A stretch of 64,000 nt of DNA from Candidatus Micrarchaeota archaeon (GTDB taxonomy: Archaea > Micrarchaeota > Micrarchaeia > Burarchaeales > JAKAKT01), in NCBI GenBank assembly GCA_041305385.1, contig JBFYLO010000046.1, positions 491 to 64,490 on the forward strand. The letters run 5' to 3'. The first letter of the stretch is position 1; every line of letters begins with the position of its first letter. A program made the translations under genes and the position numbers. The notes under the pieces are model-generated. The model saw nothing but the letters and a program-made list of their open reading frames with translations. It had not been told where the DNA came from and searched no databases. Positions 48,199-57,628 of the stretch are shown in pieces.

Positions 48199-49089
48199 AT
48201 GCGAAAGAAGATTCTCCTCACAGGCGGAAGCGGTTTCATAGGGCGAAACATCCTAGAAGAGCTCTGCAAAAAATATGAGATATCCGCTCCAAAGCACGCG
48301 GAGCTCGAGCTTGCGGATAGCGGGGCGGTCGAGACCTACTTGAAAGTGAACGATTTTGACATAGTGATACATGCGGCAAACATCGGGGGTAACCGGAAAA
48401 CCAACGGAATCGGTGGGATATGCGAGAAAAATCTCCGCTCTTTTTTCAACATCGCCAGGTGCAAGGGACACTTCGGCAGGATGATACAACTTGGGAGCGG
48501 GGCCGAATATGATAAAGGAAGGCCGCTAAAGCTAGTAAAGGAAACTGACTTTGATTCATTTGTCCCAACCGATGAGTTCGGTTTCTACAAGTATCTCTGT
48601 TCCAAATATATAACAAAAGAGGAAGGGATAACATGCATCCGGATATTTGGCTGTTACGGGAAATATGAGGATTACGAAGTTCGCTTCATCTCAAATGCAA
48701 TATGCAAAGCGGTGTTTGGCCTCCCAATCACAATAACCAACAAAAACGTCTTCTTCAGTTACCTTTATGCGAAAGATTTGGCAAAAATCCTCGACCGGTT
48801 CATCGAAAAATCTCCGACGCAAAAATTCTACAATGTTGCGCCAGATAGTCCAGTTGATTTGCTTTCAATAGCGAAAAAAGTCATCCAGGTTTCTGGCAAA
48901 AACCTAAAAATAATCCTGAAAAACGAGGGCCTTGGCCCGGAATATAGCGCTGACAACTCATTGCTCAGGAAGGAACTGCCCCATTTCAAGTTCACGAGCC
49001 TTGAAGACGGGGTTCAAGAGCTCTACAACTGGTATTCTCTTAACAAAGGCAAACTAGACAAACGAAAGCTCGAGGCAGACAGGTATTGA
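48199..49089 (+). CDS. NAD(P)-dependent nucleotide-sugar reductase/epimerase (short SDR; RfbJ/YerF-like 4-ketoreductase candidate)
   Basis: LTGGSGFIGRNI, YxxxK (YLCSK); start taken at MRKKILLTGG. Confidence 0.65.
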   Translation: MRKKILLTGGSGFIGRNILEELCKKYEISAPKHAELELADSGAVETYLKVNDFDIVIHAANIGGNRKTNGIGGICEKNLRSFFNIARCKGHFGRMIQLGSGAEYDKGRPLKLVKETDFDSFVPTDEFGFYKYLCSKYITKEEGITCIRIFGCYGKYEDYEVRFISNAICKAVFGLPITITNKNVFFSYLYAKDLAKILDRFIEKSPTQKFYNVAPDSPVDLLSIAKKVIQVSGKNLKIILKNEGLGPEYSADNSLLRKELPHFKFTSLEDGVQELYNWYSLNKGKLDKRKLEADRY

Positions 49090-49099
49090 GCCAGTGGCC

Positions 49100-49609
49100 C
49101 TATTTCTTCTTAACTAGCTTTAGTACCTCTTTCATCCACGGGCCCATGTCCTTAAAGTGCGGCGAGGTTATTATGTTCCCGTCGACTACGACTGGAGCGT
49201 CTATATATTCAGCACCGCTATTTATGAGGTCATCCTTGCATCCCTTATAACACGTCGCCTTCTTTCCTCGCATTATCCCTGCGGATATAAGCACCCATGG
49301 CCCATGGCACACGGCTGCAACAATCCTCTTTTTCTCGTACATTTTTTTGACAAACTCAAGGACTTCAGGAATTTGCCTCACTCTGTCAGGAGCCTCAAGG
49401 CCCCCAGGGATAACCACCAAATCATATCCATCTGCAGTGAGGTCCTTTGTGTCGATTGTCGCCTTGATTGTGACGCCATGCTTTCCTCTGACCTCTAACT
49501 TGTCTTTTGTCGCTACATCTACGGTGAACCCCTCTTCAAGGAGGCGGTAGTATGGGTATACGAGTTCAGAATCCTCAAATCCCGGGCCAGTTATAATGAC
49601 AGCTTTCAT
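49100..49609 (-). CDS. DJ-1/PfpI family protein (intracellular protease I-like)
   Basis: Conserved nucleophile elbow AAVCHGP and VIPGG motif; 169 aa. Confidence 0.8.
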   Translation of the reverse strand: MKAVIITGPGFEDSELVYPYYRLLEEGFTVDVATKDKLEVRGKHGVTIKATIDTKDLTADGYDLVVIPGGLEAPDRVRQIPEVLEFVKKMYEKKRIVAAVCHGPWVLISAGIMRGKKATCYKGCKDDLINSGAEYIDAPVVVDGNIITSPHFKDMGPWMKEVLKLVKKK

Positions 49610-49613
49610 ATGT

Positions 49614-50663
49614 TCACCTCTTCAATTCCTTAATCCCTGTTAATGCAGCTATTTCAGCGAATCCCGCTAGGTCAGCATCAGTGACTGGGATTCCCGTTTT
49701 CAAGCGCTCGGCGAATGCTTTTTTTTCAGGATCGTTCGCAACCATTACGGGCTTTGCAGTGTCAACCGGTTCCAAGGCACGCAACTCATCCATAAGCGCC
49801 TGCATCCTTTTCTTGAATGTCTTTTGGTTCTCAAACCTGGATATATCCATCGCCATGACGAAATGCCCAAGCTTTCTCCTCCTGCTGATGTCGTCAGAAT
49901 AAAGCTTCTCAACATGCGGCCCATACGCCATCCCTGTGAGAATGCTTGAGAGAACTTCAACAACAAGCCCTAACCCATATCCCTTATACCCCCCAATCGG
50001 GAGAAGCCCTGCAACCTTGTCCGGGTCAAGGCATTCGTTTCCTTTAGCATCTACTGCCATCCCGGGCTCAAGGCTCTTCCCTTTTTCCTTATAAGCAAGC
50101 ACCTTGTTTCTGGGAATCACGCTTGTCGCCATATCAAGGCAGAACGGCTCCTTTTCCATACAAGGGGCTGCAAAGCATATCGGGTTTGTGCCTAGAAACG
50201 GCTTTTTGCCATTGAACGGAACCACTTGGGCCTCGGCATGCGTGGCACAAATGCCAATCATTCCCAACCTCGCAGCCCGGAGCGAATAGAGTGCAGCTGC
50301 CCCGAAGTGGGTCGAGTTCTTTATTGCAACAGCTCCAATCCCGGTCTCCTTTGCAACCTCAATTGCCTTGTCCATCCCAGCGGTTGCTGCTGGGATACCA
50401 TACCCATGGTCTGCGTCCATAACTACCGTGGCCGGCCCAGTCCTTCTGAAGTCGTATTTAGGGCTTCCGTTTATCCTTCCAGAAAGCTTTGCCTTTACGT
50501 AGTGCGGCATAAGCCGAACCCCGTGGGAATCAACCCCCCGAAGCGAAGTCTCGATGAGGCCGCCAATCAAAAGGTCCCTCTGCCCCTGTTCGACACCTAT
50601 TTTAGATAACGCCATTTCGAAAAAGTTCTTAAGCACCTTGGGATTCAAGTAAGTTTCAGCCAT
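49614..50663 (-). CDS. Ldh_2 family malate/L-sulfolactate/L-lactate dehydrogenase (ComC-like)
   Basis: GVDSHGV, HFGAAALY and overall Ldh_2 pattern; 349 aa. Confidence 0.65.
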   Translation of the reverse strand: MAETYLNPKVLKNFFEMALSKIGVEQGQRDLLIGGLIETSLRGVDSHGVRLMPHYVKAKLSGRINGSPKYDFRRTGPATVVMDADHGYGIPAATAGMDKAIEVAKETGIGAVAIKNSTHFGAAALYSLRAARLGMIGICATHAEAQVVPFNGKKPFLGTNPICFAAPCMEKEPFCLDMATSVIPRNKVLAYKEKGKSLEPGMAVDAKGNECLDPDKVAGLLPIGGYKGYGLGLVVEVLSSILTGMAYGPHVEKLYSDDISRRRKLGHFVMAMDISRFENQKTFKKRMQALMDELRALEPVDTAKPVMVANDPEKKAFAERLKTGIPVTDADLAGFAEIAALTGIKELKR

Positions 50664-50673
50664 AAATACACCA

Positions 50674-52479
50674 CTAACTCTTATCGCTTACCAGTATGTT
50701 CTTCTTCAGTTCTTCTCTGCTGAGAAGCGGGTGGAGGTCCTCAAGAGGCCTTGAGACTATCTTCCCGTTCGCATCAATCGTTGAAGAAAGGCGCGGGGTT
50801 ATCTGTTGATCAGGCGAACCAACAAGCTCGCAGACAGTCGGTTCCTTCCAAGAGAGGACCTTTTTTATTTTTTCCCTTATCTCACCGTTGTGTCGTATTC
50901 TTTCAGTCTTAAACCCATATGCCTTAGCTACTTCCAGGATGTCGGGAAGGCAGACCCCTGACGTCTTGTCACACCCTACGAAATGGGAGCCAAAGTAATT
51001 CTTTTGAGTGTTTCTAATTGTGACATACCCGCCGTTACTCAGGACGAAAATCTTTATCGGCAGTGAGTAAGTGATGATAGTTTGGAGTTCCTGGATGTTC
51101 ATTTGTATACTCCCATCCCCAGTTATGCATATCGTGCGCCTCCCGCTCCCGACGCAAGCTCCTATTGCAGAAGGCAGGTCCCAGCCCATGGCGGCCATCC
51201 CCCTGGAAGTCAAAAAGCGCTGGCCCCTTTTTATCTTGAATGCCTGGGAGCTCGTTATGTACGCAGTGGCAGAACTTGATGGGACGATTACATCATTTTC
51301 ACTAAGCAAACCTGAAAGCACATCTACGAAAACATATGGGTTCACATGCCCCTGCTCTTCGCAATATTCCGGGAGCGAAACCGGGTACTTCTTATTCCAT
51401 TCCAAGCATCTTCCAATCCACTCAGCATGTTTTTTCGTCTTGTGTGCCTTTCCATTAAGCCGATTGAGCATCTCTTCCATGAACACTTTCGCATCGCTTT
51501 TGATTTTGAGCGCAGGATGCAGGATTTTCTTGTCAAGCTCGGCTTCAGAAATGTCCACCATTGCTAGTTTTGCTCCCCTCGCGAAGCTTTCATGATTATA
51601 CCCTATCTGCTGAATGCCAAGCCTCGCCCCTATTACCAGCAGGAAATCTGAGTTCTGTATTACGAAACTTGCTGCCCTCTGCCCTCCAAGCATATTCGGG
51701 CGCCCAAAATAGAGCTCGTGGTCATCTGGCAAGAAATCTATCGCGCCCCAGGTTAAGAGAACCGGTATTCTAAGGGCTTCGACTAGCCTCTCGAATTCTG
51801 GGAGCCCATGTGCGAGCCTTACCCCATTTCCCGCAAGGAGAACCGGGCGCTTTGCGGAAAGAAGGAGGGTTATCACTTCTTCGACTTGTCTACTTAAAGC
51901 CTTCTTGCCAAGCTCTTCATTTTCTTTTTCCGGGGTGAATCCCTTAAGAGTTTTTTCATCAACTTGCGTTGCTTGTATGTCAAGAGGTATGTCAAGCCAG
52001 ACCGGTCCGGGCCTCCCGCTCGTTGCAAGGTAAAGGGCCTTCTCGAGATGATAACGTATTTTCTCAGGCTCAATGACGAGCTCGGAATATTTTGTTATTG
52101 GCCTCACGATGTCTATGATGTTCAATTCCTGGTACCCGTTTTGCCTGAGCCCTCCGTTCAATAGGTCAGATTGCTTTACCTGACCGGATACGACAATTAC
52201 GGGTATCGAGTCAACCCATGCTCCTGCAATTCCGGTTATGGCGTTTGTGCTGCCAGGTCCCGTAGTTACATTCACTAATCCAACTCCATCCGTCACTCTT
52301 GCATATCCCTCAGCAGCAATCGAGGCCGCCTGCTCATGGAGCGTGCACACATACTTCATTTTCGTTGCCTTTCCAAAAGAGTCGTTCAGGTGCATGGCGC
52401 CACCTCCGCTGAGCATGAAAACGTGCCGTATCCCGCACTCTTCCAGAAACCTTACTATGTAATCAGATACCTTCAACAT
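50674..52479 (-). CDS. Thiamine-pyrophosphate enzyme of the acetolactate-synthase superfamily (YerE/sulfoacetaldehyde acetyltransferase-like)
   Basis: Three-domain ALS architecture: N-terminal pyrimidine-binding domain, central domain, C-terminal GDGS...N TPP-binding motif (ICITGDGSIQMNIQEL...NGGY). Confidence 0.8.
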   Translation of the reverse strand: MLKVSDYIVRFLEECGIRHVFMLSGGGAMHLNDSFGKATKMKYVCTLHEQAASIAAEGYARVTDGVGLVNVTTGPGSTNAITGIAGAWVDSIPVIVVSGQVKQSDLLNGGLRQNGYQELNIIDIVRPITKYSELVIEPEKIRYHLEKALYLATSGRPGPVWLDIPLDIQATQVDEKTLKGFTPEKENEELGKKALSRQVEEVITLLLSAKRPVLLAGNGVRLAHGLPEFERLVEALRIPVLLTWGAIDFLPDDHELYFGRPNMLGGQRAASFVIQNSDFLLVIGARLGIQQIGYNHESFARGAKLAMVDISEAELDKKILHPALKIKSDAKVFMEEMLNRLNGKAHKTKKHAEWIGRCLEWNKKYPVSLPEYCEEQGHVNPYVFVDVLSGLLSENDVIVPSSSATAYITSSQAFKIKRGQRFLTSRGMAAMGWDLPSAIGACVGSGRRTICITGDGSIQMNIQELQTIITYSLPIKIFVLSNGGYVTIRNTQKNYFGSHFVGCDKTSGVCLPDILEVAKAYGFKTERIRHNGEIREKIKKVLSWKEPTVCELVGSPDQQITPRLSSTIDANGKIVSRPLEDLHPLLSREELKKNILVSDKS

Positions 52480-52489
52480 CAGTTCGCCC

Positions 52490-55087
52490 CTATTCTTCAG
52501 GCAGCAAGTCTATCATCATATTCTTCTTCAGTTCATCTCGATTGAGGAACGGGAACATGTCTTCAAGCGGTTTCGAAACAAGGGTTCCGTCGGGCCGCAC
52601 GGCTGAGACAAGGCGTGGTTCTATCTCCTGCTCTTTGCTGACTTCAATGAAGCAGGCGAAAGCACCTTCACTTCTGAATAGTCCTGCCATCAGTTTGTCT
52701 AGCTCTGCGTCATTTTTTATGCGCAACGTCTTGAGCCCAAAAGCCGAGCATATCTTCTCGAGATTCGGGAATCCCTTCCCGCTTTCATCATCTGCGCCAA
52801 ATATCCTGTTCTTGAAATACGCCTTCTGTGCCTTCCTCACAGTGGAATGCCCGTGGTTGTCAAGAATGAAAATCTTTGCCGGAATCCTATACTTTACAAT
52901 CGTCGCAAGGTCTGAGAGGCCCGCGATAAGGCCGCCATCTCCACACACTGCAATTATGTTGTGTTCCTTGTCTGCTGCATACGCCCCTATTGCTCCAGAG
53001 ACGCCAAACCCTGGAACAGGGAGCCCGGAGAACGTGATTACTTTTTGGCATTTTTTGAGCGTTAGCGCCTGCACAACTACATTCAGACCCATGCCCCGGT
53101 CAGCAACAATCACGTCTCCCTCCTTCGCAAGTTCAGAAAGTTTTTCGATGAAATGATAAACGTCTACGAATTCGTCGCTTTTTCTCAGCCTAGCTTCTAC
53201 AAGATATTTCTTCTTCCACTCCCTGCACGTTCCCATCCATGTAGAGCAATCTGGGAGCTTCTCGTTTGCGAGTTGCCGCTCGAGTTCCGCTATGAAATCC
53301 TTTGCGTCAGCGACAATCGGAAGCTCGGGAGAGATAGTGAATTTCTTAACCTCTTCTGGGTCAATGTCAACCACAACCTTCTTTGCCTCCCTTGCGAAGG
53401 CATCGTGCTTGCACCCTATCTCCTGCATGGACAATCTGCTTCCTATCACTATCAGAAGGTCGGAATTCTGCACTGCGAAGTTGGCTGAGCGGTTGCCAAA
53501 CGAACCGAACACCCCGAGGAACTGGCGGTGCCCGGTTTCGATAAGGTCCTTTCCGTTAATGCTTACAACAATCGGGACTTTGAGTTTGCCAATGATTGTC
53601 CTCAGCTCTTTTTCAGCACTAGAAAGCCTTATTCCATGTCCAGCTATAATAAGGGGCCTTTTCGCGCCTTTCAGTAATTCGACCGTGCGGGCAACGTTTC
53701 TAGCGAGCCTCGCCCGAGCGAAGTCATTATCCTCCAGCGTCTCTCCTGGAGCAAATGCCCGCAGTTCATCCTCATCAATCACCCTGCTTTGTATGTCAAG
53801 AGGTATGTCAAGCCAGACCGGTCCGGGCCTCCCGCTCGTTGCAAGGTAAAGGGCCTTCTCGAGATGATAACGTATCTCTTCCGAGTTATCGACACGGGCA
53901 GCGTACTTTGTTATTGGTTTTACAAGCGAGATTGTGTCGAGTTCGCTTATGCCAACCTGCCGCAGCCCAGTGCCGCAGGCTGTTTCAGTAGATTTTGCCT
54001 GGCCCGATATGATAAGGCCGGGGACTGAGCTCACCCATAAGCTAGCAATTCCGCTTATCGTGTTTGCTGCTGAAGCGCCTGCCGCAACTACAGCTACTCC
54101 GGGCCTCCCGCTGACCCGAGAATAGGCGCCGAGAGCCATCACAGTATTCCTCTCGTCGTGAAGGAACACATACCGTATTTGTTCACTCTTGCCAACTGCA
54201 TCAAGCAGGTGAAGATTCGCCGGTCCCGGAGCCAAAAAGAACCCACCTAAACCTTTCCTCTCAAGGTACGAAACGATATAATCAGAAAGCCTAATCATCG
54301 TATCCCGCTTCTTTATGATTAGAAGTTCGACTTCCCCGCTCGCTTTGACGTTTTCCCGGTCTATTCCCTCAAGGTCAATAGTATCCCCGACAGTTGCAAT
54401 TGGTTTTCCCCCATGGCTGTTGATTCCTCCCGAAAGAAGGCTGATTGCATCCGCCTGAAGCCCCCGAAACGCCCTTCGGAACTCATTTGGTCCACTGTAG
54501 CGGGCTATGCGGATGCTGCAGCTCCCGAATTTTTTCATCGTGTTGTAATAAGCGTCGGAACCCTCAAGCGTTATGTAATTGTAGTTCTGGAGATTAATCG
54601 AGTAGTGCTCCTTGCTTTCATATGGCATTCCCGCTCTGCCGTGTGCGTCCTTGAAACGGACAAGGTCTCGCTTATTCACCGGGCTCTCTATTTCCATCAC
54701 GTAAATTCCGCCCTCAGATTTCGCAGTTGTACAATGAAAGACGCCTTTGTCTATCCTCAGTCCATCCCCTGCCGAGAGCTTGAACTCACCATTAAGTGAA
54801 GAGCAGACCGCCTCGCCGGCAATCAAAACAAGCGAGGTCTTTTTGTTTGGGTGGCAATGAAGGGAGGTCTGGAATCCTTTTTTTATGTATAATATCCAAA
54901 CGGCTACCCCCTTATTTACGAAAATCAAATATTCGTGGCCCCAGGGCTTGCGGACAACCACTCTTGAGTAATCAAAGAAGTCGTCAGCCTGGGTTGAGGG
55001 GTCAACATTAATGGCGCTCAGGGTCTTAATGTCAGACTCGCTGCGCTCAATCCGTCTTATCATATGCACCCATTGTTTTTTCAGCAT
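52490..55087 (-). CDS. Fusion protein: N-terminal cupin (sugar 3,4-ketoisomerase/MPI-like, ~260 aa) plus C-terminal ALS-like TPP enzyme (~600 aa)
   Basis: WGHEYLIF...SLHCHPNKKTSLVLIAGEA cupin metal-site motif; then full ALS fold with GDGG TPP motif (IIAVCGDGGLIAGL); paralogous to the adjacent TPP gene. Confidence 0.7.
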   Translation of the reverse strand: MLKKQWVHMIRRIERSESDIKTLSAINVDPSTQADDFFDYSRVVVRKPWGHEYLIFVNKGVAVWILYIKKGFQTSLHCHPNKKTSLVLIAGEAVCSSLNGEFKLSAGDGLRIDKGVFHCTTAKSEGGIYVMEIESPVNKRDLVRFKDAHGRAGMPYESKEHYSINLQNYNYITLEGSDAYYNTMKKFGSCSIRIARYSGPNEFRRAFRGLQADAISLLSGGINSHGGKPIATVGDTIDLEGIDRENVKASGEVELLIIKKRDTMIRLSDYIVSYLERKGLGGFFLAPGPANLHLLDAVGKSEQIRYVFLHDERNTVMALGAYSRVSGRPGVAVVAAGASAANTISGIASLWVSSVPGLIISGQAKSTETACGTGLRQVGISELDTISLVKPITKYAARVDNSEEIRYHLEKALYLATSGRPGPVWLDIPLDIQSRVIDEDELRAFAPGETLEDNDFARARLARNVARTVELLKGAKRPLIIAGHGIRLSSAEKELRTIIGKLKVPIVVSINGKDLIETGHRQFLGVFGSFGNRSANFAVQNSDLLIVIGSRLSMQEIGCKHDAFAREAKKVVVDIDPEEVKKFTISPELPIVADAKDFIAELERQLANEKLPDCSTWMGTCREWKKKYLVEARLRKSDEFVDVYHFIEKLSELAKEGDVIVADRGMGLNVVVQALTLKKCQKVITFSGLPVPGFGVSGAIGAYAADKEHNIIAVCGDGGLIAGLSDLATIVKYRIPAKIFILDNHGHSTVRKAQKAYFKNRIFGADDESGKGFPNLEKICSAFGLKTLRIKNDAELDKLMAGLFRSEGAFACFIEVSKEQEIEPRLVSAVRPDGTLVSKPLEDMFPFLNRDELKKNMMIDLLPEE

Positions 55088-55132
55088 AAATGGTTAAAAA
55101 TGCGAGGGCTCCAAAATTCCCGCGGGGCCCTT

Positions 55133-55762
55133 ATGCAGTTTAGAGCTGTTATTTTCGATTTTGATGGCACGGTTGTCCAGAGCGAGGGAATTCATTTTCG
55201 CCTCTTTCGGAAAACCCTCGCAAAGACAGGGGTAAAACTTACAAGAAAAAAATATTACACTGAGCTAATAGGCACTGGGACCGCAAGCATAATCGCTAAG
55301 TCAGTAGCCGATGCTGGAAAGGAATGTGACATCAATGCACTCGCTGAGCAGAAGCTTTCCGCTTATAGGGCGTACGTTTTCAGAAATAGCCTTCGGACAA
55401 CGCCAGGCCTTCGGACATTTCTTAAGCGCCTGAAGAAAAAAGGGATAAAAACCGCGATAGCGAGCAGCGGAAACAAGGAGACGATGTCTGAGCTCCTAAC
55501 GAGATTGAATCTAGACGCTTGGTTTTGCGTTTTAGTCGGCAGCCAAGACGTAAAGAACCGTAAACCAGATCCAGAAGTGTTCCTCAAGGCAGCAGAGAGG
55601 CTCGGAGTCAAGCCAGAAGAGTGCATAGTCATAGAGGATGCGCCACTAGGCATTGAAGCTGGGAGGCGTGCTGGGATGAGGGTAATACAATTAGAATCAA
55701 AACTCATACCGAAAGTCAACGGTTTTGAGTCCATAAAACGCTTCAGCGACCTTAAGATTTGA
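55133..55762 (+). CDS. HAD-superfamily hydrolase, subfamily IA (beta-phosphoglucomutase/phosphatase-like)
   Basis: VIFDFDGTV motif I, S/T motif II, K and EDAPLGIEAGRRAG motif IV. Confidence 0.65.
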   Translation: MQFRAVIFDFDGTVVQSEGIHFRLFRKTLAKTGVKLTRKKYYTELIGTGTASIIAKSVADAGKECDINALAEQKLSAYRAYVFRNSLRTTPGLRTFLKRLKKKGIKTAIASSGNKETMSELLTRLNLDAWFCVLVGSQDVKNRKPDPEVFLKAAERLGVKPEECIVIEDAPLGIEAGRRAGMRVIQLESKLIPKVNGFESIKRFSDLKI

Positions 55763-55789
55763 GTTAGGCGAAGGCTGTGCCCTGCCCCG

Positions 55790-56782
55790 TTATTCGCCTT
55801 TTTGCATAACGTTCTTTTTGATAAAAGAAACATACCACGGTATCGTTTCCTTCAAGCCTTTCTCTATAGGGTACTTCGCTTCCCATCCGAGCAGTTTTTT
55901 CGCCTTCTCGCTTGAGAGGTATTGGTTCTTTATTTCCCCTCCCGCCTCGTTCAGTATCACGGGCTTCAAGTCCGACTTCATCCCCTTGAGTATCTTCTGG
56001 ACGAGCTCAAGCACAGTGATCCTGTTCGCCGTGCTAAAGTTGAATGCCTGCCCAAGGACCTCTTTTCGCCCCATGTTCTCGGCTAGCCTGATGTATGCGT
56101 CCGCGGCATCCCTAACAAAAAAGTAGTCCCTTATGTAAGTCCCATCGCTCCTAATCACCGGCTTCTCGCCCAGGAGGACGGACTTGATAGTCCCCGGAAT
56201 TATTCGGTTGAAGTTCAAGTCCCCTGGCCCATAAAGGTTCCCGCATCTCGTGATGCAGACTGGGAGCCCGTAAGTATAATAGTAAGACTGCGCTATCAGG
56301 TCTGCGCAGCTTTTTGAGACGTCATATGGGTGCCTCCCATGCAATGGCGCTTCCTCAGTGTAGGGAAGCTTATCCTGGTCCCCATAGGCCTTGTCTGATG
56401 ATGCGAACACGACCTTCTTTACGAGCTTCGAGTTCCTCGCAGCTTCCATTACGTTCCAAGTTCCCTCAATGTTCGCCTTGAACGTTGCAACCGGGGAGCG
56501 ATTCGCTGCGCCAACTATTGCCTGCGCCCCAAGATGAAACACAGTTTCAATCTCGTACTCGTTCATCGCTCTCTCGACTGTCCAGTAGTCCTCAAAGTCT
56601 CCCCTGACGATTCTCGTTTTCTTGTAATCCCCCGTCTCAAACAACATTGACTCTGGGACAAGGTCCCTCATTATTATTGTTGTGTTGGCGCCTTTTGACG
56701 CAAGCTCGCCAACTACCCATGAACCCAAAAACCCGGAAGCCCCGGTCACAAGAACGTTTTTCTCGAGCCAGAATCCCTTCAT
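55790..56782 (-). CDS. rfbG: CDP-glucose 4,6-dehydratase (RfbG/DdhB-like)
   Basis: [16 protein letters not shown] catalytic motif, ~330 aa; 4-nt ATGA overlap with the rfbF-like gene. Confidence 0.65.
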   Translation of the reverse strand: MKGFWLEKNVLVTGASGFLGSWVVGELASKGANTTIIMRDLVPESMLFETGDYKKTRIVRGDFEDYWTVERAMNEYEIETVFHLGAQAIVGAANRSPVATFKANIEGTWNVMEAARNSKLVKKVVFASSDKAYGDQDKLPYTEEAPLHGRHPYDVSKSCADLIAQSYYYTYGLPVCITRCGNLYGPGDLNFNRIIPGTIKSVLLGEKPVIRSDGTYIRDYFFVRDAADAYIRLAENMGRKEVLGQAFNFSTANRITVLELVQKILKGMKSDLKPVILNEAGGEIKNQYLSSEKAKKLLGWEAKYPIEKGLKETIPWYVSFIKKNVMQKGE

Positions 56783-57567
56783 TTCCACACCTTCCAGGGG
56801 GTCTTCCCCTCGTCCCACATCTTGTTAAGGTCGAGATAGTCTTTGTAAGTGTCCATGCCGAACCAGAATCCCCCGTGCTTTAGCATCGAGAACTGCCTAG
56901 CTTTAACGAGCTTCTCAAATGGTTCGGACTCCATGATGCAGGACTCATCGCCCGAAATGTAATCAAAGAAATCCTTCTTGAAGCAGTAGAATCCGCCATT
57001 CACATAATCCTCGAGCACGGGTTTCTCGACAAATTCCCTCACGATTCCGCTCTCGCCCTCCCGCACCATTCCCCACTTCGAGTGCGGGTGGACCGCAGTC
57101 ATTGTACCAATCCGTTTCTTCTTTTCGTGAAAGTCGAGAATTTTTTTTATGTTAACATCCGAGAGCCCATCCCCGTAGGTGAGCATGAACTCATCCCCAT
57201 CTATGTATCGTTCGATTCTCTTGACCCGGGCGCCAGTCATTGCCTTGAGCCCGGTTTCTACGAATGTTATTGTCCAGTCCTCCTCGTTCCCTCTGCGATG
57301 CACGATGTCGCTCTTCCTGTCCCGGAGCCTTATGGAAAAGTCATTGTGCATGAGCTCGTGAGTTAAGAAAAATTGTTTTATTGCGTCGCCCCTGTACCCG
57401 AGGCACAGGACGAACTCGTTGAACCCGTAGTGTGAATAAATTTTCATTATGTGCCAGAGGACAGGCATCCCACCAATTGTGACCATCGGCTTCGGCTTGA
57501 ACTCTGTCTCCTCTTTCAGCCTGGTCCCTTCGCCACCGCACAGTATTACTACCTTGGGATTTCCCAT
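56779..57567 (-). CDS. rfbF: Glucose-1-phosphate cytidylyltransferase (RfbF/DdhA-like)
   Basis: [26 protein letters not shown]...H signature of RfbF; 262 aa. Confidence 0.75.
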   Translation of the reverse strand: MGNPKVVILCGGEGTRLKEETEFKPKPMVTIGGMPVLWHIMKIYSHYGFNEFVLCLGYRGDAIKQFFLTHELMHNDFSIRLRDRKSDIVHRRGNEEDWTITFVETGLKAMTGARVKRIERYIDGDEFMLTYGDGLSDVNIKKILDFHEKKKRIGTMTAVHPHSKWGMVREGESGIVREFVEKPVLEDYVNGGFYCFKKDFFDYISGDESCIMESEPFEKLVKARQFSMLKHGGFWFGMDTYKDYLDLNKMWDEGKTPWKVWK

Positions 57568-57628
57568 TGACTCCCCCCAGATTTCTTTCCCCGCAACACC
57601 TTAAGTAAGTTTCGCTTGAGTTGCGTTA

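Noticed and set aside
51964-52164. ORFs 51964-52164 and 53789-54028 with identical MYVKRYVKPDRSGPPARCKVKGLLEMITY peptides
   Set aside because: They are out-of-frame translations of the 87-bp identical patch inside the two minus-strand TPP genes, not genes.
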